From positions 1 to 24,478 of the forward strand of contig JAAXZP010000308.1 in NCBI GenBank assembly GCA_012719815.1: a stretch of 24,478 nucleotides of DNA, read 5' to 3'. The notes beneath the pieces were generated by a model. The model did not search any database. It had not been told where the DNA came from and saw only the letters and a list, made by a program, of their open reading frames with translations. This document shows positions 17,587-24,478 of the stretch, one piece after another. The position numbers and the translations under genes were made by a program. Each line of letters begins with the position of its first letter. The first letter of the stretch is position 1. Source of the DNA: Christensenellaceae bacterium (GTDB taxonomy: Bacteria; Bacillota; Clostridia; Christensenellales; SZUA-584).

Positions 17587-18129
17587 TCAGCTTCCGGCCA
17601 AATCCCGCAGCTTTTTCGTGGTGTTCGCGTTGCGTATCGTGATGTTGCCGTATACGCCGGAGCCCACCACGCGCATCAGCCGCGTGCGCGAAAACGTCGC
17701 TATCGGCGCGGACCAGAATATCACGCTGTCGTAAGCCTCCGCCTTCTCGTACTCCGGTCTGATGCCGCCCACCTCGCGGAAAACGTCCTCCGGCGTTGTC
17801 GGCGGTATCACGAAAATCGCATTGTGCTTGGCGTCTTTGTCCTTGTCCCACCAGACAGGCGCGTGGTCCAGCGCTTCTTTCAGCTCCTGCGCGGAAATCA
17901 CCGCCACCGGCACTTCAAAGCCAAACCGCGCCGCAATCATATCCGCGCATTTCTGCCGTATCTCGTCCCGGCGGCCTGCGGGGCCGGAGAATATCACGTT
18001 GCCACTTTGGATATATGTGGACACGTTATCAAACCCGTTCTCCTCAAACAGCGCTTTGAGCTCCGCCATCGAAACGGGCCGGCTGCCGCCCACATTGATT
18101 CCCCGAAGCAGCGCAATGTATGTCTCCAT
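17587..18129 (-). CDS. DUF1697 family protein
   Basis: YIALLRGINVGG...V.MAELK.LFE..GF.NV.TYIQSGNVIF at the N-terminus and TIRNANT..KL at the C-terminus; GAGG RBS. Confidence 0.9.
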   Translation of the reverse strand: METYIALLRGINVGGSRPVSMAELKALFEENGFDNVSTYIQSGNVIFSGPAGRRDEIRQKCADMIAARFGFEVPVAVISAQELKEALDHAPVWWDKDKDAKHNAIFVIPPTTPEDVFREVGGIRPEYEKAEAYDSVIFWSAPIATFSRTRLMRVVGSGVYGNITIRNANTTKKLRDLAGS

Positions 18130-18208
18130 GCCGACACCTCGCCTTTTAGAATGGTTTAAGGCTTTTTGTGCGCGTTCTGCCGCCGTCCCATATACCTGTT
18201 TACACCAA

Positions 18209-18238
18209 TTGACTACGAATCAAAAAGTCACAGGTTCG
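18209..18238 (+). pseudogene. 30-nt internal fragment of tRNA-Arg(ACG): anticodon arm to T-loop
   Basis: TTGA-CTACGAA-TCAAA-AAGTC-ACAGG-TTCG has tRNA geometry (anticodon stem and 7-nt loop with ACG, 5-nt variable loop, 5-nt T-stem arm, TTCG). No D-arm or acceptor stem around it. Confidence 0.6.
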
Positions 18239-18395
18239 GCGGATTGATATGATACGCTTATTCATATCGGTTCGCTTTAAGTCAGTATACCACACCCATT
18301 TTATACCGGCAATATACATAAATTTTCATCGCACATGTATAAATTACTGCTTATACAGGAACAATCATAGCATCATATATTGGCGGAGGTTATCG

Positions 18396-19427
18396 ATGTT
18401 TTTTTCATATCTTGCACCGAGTTTGGGAATTGATCTCGGCACGACGACGACGCTCGTCTACATGAAAGACAAAGGCATCGTCGTGCGGGAGCCCTCGGTG
18501 GTGGCGATGAAGAGCAACCGGAAAGATATACTGGCGGTGGGCGAGGAAGCCCGCCGCATGATCGGCCGCACGCCGGGCGGCATAGTGGCAGTGCGGCCGC
18601 TGAAGGACGGCGTGATTGCCGATTTTGCCACTACGGAAATCATGCTGCGTTATTTTATCCGCCGGGCAGTGCCGTCCGGCATCATCCACCGCAGCCCGCG
18701 CGTGGTGGTATGCGTGCCCTGCGGCACCACCGAGGTGGAAAAGCGCGCGGTGGAGGAAGCGGCCCGGTCGGCCGGCGCGCGCGACGTGATGCTGCTGGAA
18801 GAGCCCATGGCGGCGGCCATCGGCGCAGGGCTTAACGTCTGGCAGGCCAAGGGCTGCATGGTGGTGGATATTGGGGGCGGCACCACTGAAATTGCCGTGA
18901 TCGCGCTGAACGGCATCGTCGCCTCCCGGTCGCTGCGCATCGGCGGCAACCACATGGACGAAGCCATCATGAGGCAGCTCAGGAAAGCGCACGGGCTGAT
19001 CGTTGGGGAAAGCACCGCCGAAATGATTAAGATCACCATGGGCTTCGTGATGGACCGCGGCAGGGAACGCACGATGGAAGTGCGCGGCCGCGATGTGGAG
19101 ACGGGCCTTCCCAAGTCCATCATGGTGGATTCGCAGAGCATCAGCGAAGCGCTGATGGAGCCGGCTCAGGCCATCGTGGACGCCGTCAAGAGCGTGCTGG
19201 AGCGCACCCCGCCCGAACTCGCGGCCGACATCATCAACGAAGGCATTGTGATGACGGGCGGCGGCAGCCTGCTGCACGGGCTCAACCGCATGATTGCCCG
19301 GGCGACAGGGATGCCGGTGCGGCGCGCAGAGCACCCGATAGACGTGGTGGCCATCGGCGCGGGACTGGCGCTTGAGATGCGGGAACCCCGCATCTTCGAG
19401 AGGGAACTGTCCGCCGAGCCAGGCTAA
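18396..19427 (+). CDS. Actin-like rod-shape protein, MreB/Mbl paralogue
   Basis: GIDLGT, EPSVVA, RPLKDGVIADF, EEPMAAAIGAGL, VVDIGGGTTE, ERTPPELAADI and GIVMTGGGSLL. Start set at ATG 18396 after GGAGG. Confidence 0.93.
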   Translation: MFFSYLAPSLGIDLGTTTTLVYMKDKGIVVREPSVVAMKSNRKDILAVGEEARRMIGRTPGGIVAVRPLKDGVIADFATTEIMLRYFIRRAVPSGIIHRSPRVVVCVPCGTTEVEKRAVEEAARSAGARDVMLLEEPMAAAIGAGLNVWQAKGCMVVDIGGGTTEIAVIALNGIVASRSLRIGGNHMDEAIMRQLRKAHGLIVGESTAEMIKITMGFVMDRGRERTMEVRGRDVETGLPKSIMVDSQSISEALMEPAQAIVDAVKSVLERTPPELAADIINEGIVMTGGGSLLHGLNRMIARATGMPVRRAEHPIDVVAIGAGLALEMREPRIFERELSAEPG

Positions 19428-19441
19428 GCGGCTCCCTTCCG

Positions 19442-19468
19442 GCCCATCTGCCCATTTGACAGATGGGC
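19442..19468. repeat. Perfect 9-bp inverted repeat downstream of the mreB-like gene
   Basis: GCCCATCTG(19442-19450)/CAGATGGGC(19460-19468), with no U-tract. Confidence 0.8.
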
Positions 19469-19503
19469 ATGGATGCCCGCTATTATCGTTTCCTGTTCCC
19501 GCA

Positions 19504-19527
19504 GCGCGCCCATCCGGGCCGCTTTTT
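19504..19527 (+). terminator. Probable intrinsic terminator of the mreB-like gene
   Basis: GCG(C)GCCC-ATCC-GGGCCGC followed by TTTTT. Confidence 0.65.
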
Positions 19528-19614
19528 GATGTACGGCGTATTATGCAGCGATATGCCGCAAACCGCCGTGAGGGCGGGTGTGGCCTTAAGCGCAATACCC
19601 GATGCCATTTTATG

Positions 19615-19643
19615 TTGACCTCGTTTCCAAAAGACTATATAAT
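19615..19643 (+). promoter_or_regulatory. Near-consensus SigA promoter of nifJ
   Basis: TTGACC-N17-TATAAT; AAGGAGG RBS before the ATG at 19739. Confidence 0.85.
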
Positions 19644-19738
19644 AATGAAGTTGCGAACATACTAAATATAATGGCTGGCCTCTCAGTTTGCCGTGACGTA
19701 TGATAGCATGACCATTTTGCTAAGGAGGATAATATAGA

Positions 19739-22700
19739 ATGGCACAAAAACAGACGATTGATGGAAATACTGCCGCCGCGCACGTAGCGTATGCTTTTTC
19801 GGACGTGGGTGCGATTTATCCCATCACACCGTCTTCGCCGATGGCGGAAATCTGTGATGAATGGGCGGCTCATGGAAGGACCAATATTTTCGGTCAGAGA
19901 ATGCGTATCGCGGAGATGCAGTCGGAGGCAGGCGCAGCGGGAGCCGTGCACGGCTCTTTGGTGGCCGGCGCTTTTACATCCACGTTTACAGCATCCCAGG
20001 GCCTGCTGCTGATGATCCCCAACATGTATAAAATCTCGGGCGAACTGTTGCCCTGTGTGTTCCATGTGTCGGCCAGAGCGCTGGCTGCTCATGCGCTATC
20101 CATATTCGGCGATCACAGCGACGTGATGGCAACCCGCCAGACCGGTTTCGCGTTGCTGGCTTCGGGCAGCGTGCAGGAAGTGATGGACCTGGCTGCGGTG
20201 GCGCATCTGGCCACGCTGAAAGCCAAGGTTCCTTTCCTCCACTTTTTCGACGGTTTCCGCACCTCGCACGAAGTGCAGAAGATCGACGTTATTGATTATG
20301 ACGTTTTCGAGAAGCTGGCGGATAAAAAAGCGATCGCCGAGTTCCGCGCCCGCGCGATGAATCCGGAACGGCCTCACCTGCAGGGCACGGCGCAGAACCC
20401 GGATATCTACTTCCAGAACAGGGAAGCCGCCAACAAGTATTACTTCGCCGCACCCGATATCGTGCAGGAAGTGATGGACGAGCTGGCCAAGGAAATCGGC
20501 CGTCAGTATAAGCTGTTCGATTACGTGGGCGACCCGAATGCTGAAAACATCATCGTCATGATGGGCAGCGGCGCTGAAGCGGCCGAGGAAACGATCAATT
20601 ACCTCAACGCGCGAGGCCAGAAACTGGGCATGATCAAGGTCCGCCTGTACCGTCCGTTCAGCGCGAAGCATTTCCTCTCGGTGCTGCCCAAGAGCGTGAA
20701 GAAAATCTGCGTGCTCGACAGAACCAAAGAGCCGGGTGCTGCTGGCGAGCCGCTGTATCAGGATGTCATCACCGTTCTGGCCGAAGCGGGCCGCGGCGAC
20801 ATCAAAGTGATCGGCGGACGCTACGGCCTGTCGTCCAAGGAATTTACACCGTCCATGGTGAAAGCGGTGTTTGACAACCTCGCGGGCGAGATGAAGAACC
20901 ACTTCACCGTGGGTATCAACGACGACGTGACGCACCTGTCGCTGGACTACTCCGAAAAGATCGACGCCGCTCCCGAGGGTACATACCGCTGCAAGTTCTA
21001 TGGCCTCGGCAGCGACGGTACCGTGGGTGCGAACAAGAACTCCATCAAGATCATCGGCGACCATACCGACATGTACGCTCAGGGCTACTTCAGCTACGAC
21101 TCCAAGAAGTCGGGCGGCCTGACGGTATCGCACCTGCGTTTCGGCAAGAGCCCGATCAAGTCCACCTATCTCATCGACGTGGCGGACCTGATCGCCTGCC
21201 ACAACCCGTCCTACGTGACGCGTTACGACATGCTCTCCGCCGCGAAGGAAGGCGGCATCTTCCTGCTCAATTCCCCGTGGACCACGCTGGAACAGCTGGA
21301 AAAGGAACTGCCGGCCTGCGTCAAGAACACGATTGCCAGGAAGAAACTGAAATTCTACAACGTGGACGCCATCGATCTGGCTATGAAAGCCGGCATGGGC
21401 GGCCGCATCAACACCATCATGCAGGCGGCGTTCTTCAAGGTAGCGGGCATCATCCCGGAAGACGAAGCGATCGACTACATGAAGCAGGCGGTCAAGAAGA
21501 CTTACGGAAAGAAGGGCGACAAGATTGTCCAGATGAACTGGGACGCTATCGATATGGGCGCTCAGGGCGTGCAGGAGATCAAATATCCCGAGTCCTGGGC
21601 CACCACCACCGAAGGCGCGCCGTTTGCCACACCGCCGGCTGATGCGGATGAATTCTTCGTCAAGACGCTGTACCCGATCATCGAGCAGAAGGGCGACGAC
21701 CTGCCGGTGTCCGCATTCGACCCGCGCGGCTTCTTCCCCACCGGCACCACGAAGTACGAGAAGCGCGGCATCGCGGTGAACGTGCCGCGGTGGCTGCCTG
21801 AAAACTGCATCATGTGCAACCAGTGCTCGTACGTGTGCCCGCATGCCGTTATCCGTCCCTTCCTTGCGAAAGAGGAAGACCTAAAGGACGCGCCGGCGGA
21901 ATTCCTCACCAAGGATGCGCGCGGCAAAGATGTCGCCGGATACAAGTTCCGCATGCAGATCTCTCCGCTGGATTGCACGGGCTGCGGCAACTGCGCCGAC
22001 ATCTGCCCGGCCAAGGAAAAGGCGCTGGTCATGGTGCCGCTGGCCGAGGAAGTGGACGTGCAGCACAAGAACTGGGAGTTCGCCATCAAGCTGCCGCGTC
22101 CCGATGTGCAGATCAACAAGACGACCGTTATCGGTTCTCAGTATGCGCAGCCGCTGTTCGAGTTCTCGGGCGCGTGCGCAGGCTGCGGCGAGACGCCGTA
22201 CATCAAGCTCATCACGCAGCTGTTCGGCGACCGCATGCTGATTGCCAATGCGACGGGCTGTTCGTCCATCTACGGCGGCAACACGCCCACCTGCCCCTAC
22301 ACCAAGAACGAGAAGGGCTGGGGTCCCGCCTGGGCCAACTCGCTGTTTGAAGACAACGCGGAGTTCGGCTACGGCATGAACCTCGCTATCGTCCATCGCC
22401 GCGCCCGCCTGAAAGAAACGGTGCGCCAGGCGCTAGAGATCGTCTCGGGCGACCTTAAGGAGAAGCTGGCCGCATGGCTGGAGAATGCCAACAACGGCGA
22501 GAAATCCAAGGAATGCAAGGAAGCGCTGATGGCAATACTGCCCGATGCTGCTGCGAAGGCCACCGGCAAGGAAAAAGAGCTGCTGGATGAGATACTCGCC
22601 AATGAGGACCTGCTCATCAAGAAGGCCATCTGGATCATCGGCGGCGACGGCTGGGCCTACGACATCGGCTACGGCGGCCTGGACCACGTGCTGTCCATGA

Positions 22701-23338
22701 CCCGCAACATCAACCTGCTGGTGCTGGACACCGAGGTCTACTCCAACACGGGCGGACAGGCCTCCAAGTCCACGCCGCTGGGTGCCGCCGCCAAGTTCGC
22801 CGCGGCCGGCAAGGAGGTCGCCAAGAAGGACCTGGGTCTGATGGCCATGAGCTACGGTCACGTGTACGTGGCCACGGTGGCCTTCGGCGCCAAGGACAAC
22901 CACACCGTGCAGGCCTTCCAGGAAGCCGACAGCTACGATGGGCCGTCGATCATCATCGCGTACAGCCACTGCATCGCTCACGGGTATGACCTGGCCTACG
23001 GCCTGGATCAGCAGAAGCTGGCGGTGGACAGCGGCATCTGGCCGTTGTACCGCTACGACCCGCGGCGCGTGCTGACGGGCGAGCCGCCGCTCATCCTGGA
23101 CAGCCAGGGCGGCAAGGTCCGCGTCGGCGACTACATGCGGAACGAGACCCGCTTCCGCATGGTCGAGAAGATGGATCCCGAGCGGTTCAAGCGGCTGGCC
23201 GTGGACGCCGCCCGAGCGTCCGAACGCCGGATCGCAGTGTACAACCACATGGCCAAGCTCCGCGTCCCGCGCGCCGACGGCAACGGGCACGCCGAAGCCA
23301 AGCCTGCGGGTGAAGCCGGACCGGCCAAGACCGAGTAA
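19739..23338 (+). CDS. nifJ: Pyruvate:ferredoxin/flavodoxin oxidoreductase (homodimeric PFOR), possibly chimeric
   Basis: IYPITPSS, EMQSEAGAAG, TASQGLLLM, GLGSDGTVGANK, CIMCNQCSYVCPH, CTGCGNCADICP, FSGACAGCGETPY, ANATGCSSIYG and TPP-binding GGDGWAYDIG...DTEVYSNTGGQ. Confidence 0.97.
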   Translation: MAQKQTIDGNTAAAHVAYAFSDVGAIYPITPSSPMAEICDEWAAHGRTNIFGQRMRIAEMQSEAGAAGAVHGSLVAGAFTSTFTASQGLLLMIPNMYKISGELLPCVFHVSARALAAHALSIFGDHSDVMATRQTGFALLASGSVQEVMDLAAVAHLATLKAKVPFLHFFDGFRTSHEVQKIDVIDYDVFEKLADKKAIAEFRARAMNPERPHLQGTAQNPDIYFQNREAANKYYFAAPDIVQEVMDELAKEIGRQYKLFDYVGDPNAENIIVMMGSGAEAAEETINYLNARGQKLGMIKVRLYRPFSAKHFLSVLPKSVKKICVLDRTKEPGAAGEPLYQDVITVLAEAGRGDIKVIGGRYGLSSKEFTPSMVKAVFDNLAGEMKNHFTVGINDDVTHLSLDYSEKIDAAPEGTYRCKFYGLGSDGTVGANKNSIKIIGDHTDMYAQGYFSYDSKKSGGLTVSHLRFGKSPIKSTYLIDVADLIACHNPSYVTRYDMLSAAKEGGIFLLNSPWTTLEQLEKELPACVKNTIARKKLKFYNVDAIDLAMKAGMGGRINTIMQAAFFKVAGIIPEDEAIDYMKQAVKKTYGKKGDKIVQMNWDAIDMGAQGVQEIKYPESWATTTEGAPFATPPADADEFFVKTLYPIIEQKGDDLPVSAFDPRGFFPTGTTKYEKRGIAVNVPRWLPENCIMCNQCSYVCPHAVIRPFLAKEEDLKDAPAEFLTKDARGKDVAGYKFRMQISPLDCTGCGNCADICPAKEKALVMVPLAEEVDVQHKNWEFAIKLPRPDVQINKTTVIGSQYAQPLFEFSGACAGCGETPYIKLITQLFGDRMLIANATGCSSIYGGNTPTCPYTKNEKGWGPAWANSLFEDNAEFGYGMNLAIVHRRARLKETVRQALEIVSGDLKEKLAAWLENANNGEKSKECKEALMAILPDAAAKATGKEKELLDEILANEDLLIKKAIWIIGGDGWAYDIGYGGLDHVLSMTRNINLLVLDTEVYSNTGGQASKSTPLGAAAKFAAAGKEVAKKDLGLMAMSYGHVYVATVAFGAKDNHTVQAFQEADSYDGPSIIIAYSHCIAHGYDLAYGLDQQKLAVDSGIWPLYRYDPRRVLTGEPPLILDSQGGKVRVGDYMRNETRFRMVEKMDPERFKRLAVDAARASERRIAVYNHMAKLRVPRADGNGHAEAKPAGEAGPAKTE

Positions 23339-23351
23339 CTTCTCCGGCGGC

Positions 23352-23381
23352 GTGCCGGTCCTGCTTCGGCGGGACCGGCAC
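23352..23381 (+). other. 13-bp stem with C-UUCG-G tetraloop after nifJ
   Basis: GTGCCGGTCCTGC-TTCG-GCGGGACCGGCAC with no U-tract. A second hairpin GGCGGAG-N5-CTCCGCC lies at 23423-23441. Confidence 0.8.
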
Positions 23382-23500
23382 CGCTTCCGGTTCAATCGCG
23401 CGTCATCTGATTCATAGCGAGCGGCGGAGCACGACTCCGCCGGTCTTTCCGAAACGAAAGACCACACGTAAAGAACGTGAAATCAACCCGGAGGTCCCGT

Positions 23501-24478
23501 ATGGATCTATCGATCAATTATCTCGGTTTCACACTGGCTCACCCGTTCATGCCCGGCGCCGGCCCGCTGGCCGACACCATGGACGGCGTTCGCAAGCTCG
23601 AGGACGCCGGCGCGGCCGCCATCGTCCTGCGTTCGCTCTTTGAAGAGCAGATCGTCAGCGAGGAGCTGGCCACCAATCGCTCGACCGAAGGCGTCGGCAA
23701 CATGCACCCCTAGGCCTTATCCTATTTCCCGCATCCCGACAAGTTCGTGCTCGGTCCGGACGAGTACCTCGAGCACATCGGCAAGGTCAAGAAGGCGGTC
23801 AAGGTCCCTGTCATCGCCTCGCTGAACGGCACGACCGACGGCGGCTGGCTCAGCTACGCCACGCAGATCCAGGATGCCGGCGCTGATGCGCTGGAACTGA
23901 ACATCTACTACGTGGCCACCAACCCTGACGAGCCCGGCCAGGAGATCGTCGAGCGCACGGTCAAGATGGTGGGCATGATCAAGAAGCATCTACGCATCCC
24001 GCTGGCCGTGAAGCTCTCGCCGTTCTATTCCTCGCCGGCGAACGTGGCCAAGCAGTTGGCCGACGCGGGCGCGAACGGCTTCGTGGTGTTCAACCGGTTC
24101 TACCAGCCGGACATTGACATCGAGAACCTGGAGGTGGTGCCCAGCCTGACGCTCTCGCACTCCGGCGCACTGCTCATGCGGCTGCGGTACCTGGCCATCC
24201 TGTCGGGTCGCGTGAAGGCCGACCTGGCGGTCACCGGCGGCGTGCACACCGTCAGCGACGCCGTCAATGCCATCATGTGCGGCGCCAACGCTGTGCAGAT
24301 GGTCTCGGCCCTGCTGGAGCGGGGACCGGGCTACATCGCCACGCTCCGCAGCGAGCTGGCCGCCTGGCTCGAAGAGCACGAGTACGAGTCGCTCCGGCAG
24401 ATGCACAGCAGCATGAACCTGGTCAAGTGCCCTGACCCGCGGGCCTTCGAACGGGCCAACTACATGCATGTCCTGCAG
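23501..24478 (+). pseudogene. Dihydroorotate dehydrogenase-like (DHOD-like) flavoprotein with an in-frame TAG at codon 71; 3'-truncated by the window edge
   Basis: GGAGG RBS then MDLSINYLG, LEDAGAAAIVL.SLFEEQI. After TAG(23711-23713) the same frame continues with no stop to 24478: ALSYFP, VIASLNG, GADALELNIYY, VKLSPFYS, FNRFYQPDID, TGGVH, EEHEYES, FERANY. Confidence 0.9.

Noticed and set aside
18209-18238. Intact or permuted tRNA gene
   Set aside because: No D-arm or acceptor stem on either side; the upstream CCTGT-TTAC-ACCA is too short to be a 3' half.
18249-18395. 49-aa N-terminal extension of the mreB-like ORF
   Set aside because: AT-rich promoter-like DNA; GGAGG precedes the ATG at 18396, where homology begins.
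19556-19590. c-di-GMP-I riboswitch call from GCAAACC...GNRA...GG
   Set aside because: GACGCAAAGC and the P2 stem are missing, and it lies upstream of the nifJ promoter. Kept only as an unassigned structure.
19649-19668. Rex box downstream of the nifJ promoter (TTGCGAA...)
   Set aside because: Only one half-site resembles TTGTGAA-N4-TTCACAA.
20096-21844. 582-aa minus-strand ORF opposite nifJ, plus similar long ORFs opposite ligA, pcrA, rnf and mreB
   Set aside because: Same shadow-ORF effect; the opposite strands carry well-supported genes.
23408-23460. Possible hammerhead ribozyme (CTGA...GAAAC)
   Set aside because: Core reads CTGATTCA, not CUGANGA, and the three stems cannot be built.
1-24478. 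CRISPR array, IS/transposase, integrase, defence or toxin-antitoxin genes
   Set aside because: No regularly spaced repeats or matching ORFs seen by eye on either strand.

Overview
GC-rich bacterial chromosomal window. About the first 22.6 kb looks like a spore-forming Clostridia-class Bacillota (inferred from protein types and gene order). It holds the 3' part of a divergent murC, a minus-strand FAH-yerC-pcrA-ligA operon, a tandem-OB SSB, a degenerate PdaB/YlxY-like polysaccharide deacetylase, pnp, rpsO, a complete rnfCDGEAB operon followed by maf, a small accessory block (AT-rich XRE-membrane regulator, DUF1697, 30-nt tRNA-Arg fragment), an orphan MreB/Mbl paralogue and PFOR (nifJ). The most unusual part is the right end. 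The PFOR appears to change lineage at its conserved GGDGWAYDIG motif (~22620) and is followed by a DHOD-like flavoprotein gene with one in-frame TAG, so the last ~1.8 kb may come from another organism (assembly chimera or recombination). I found no CRISPR array, intact rRNA or tRNA, transposase or integrase. I cannot support a clearly new multi-gene system; the candidates below are individual anomalies. All family assignments come from recalled motifs, not database searches.
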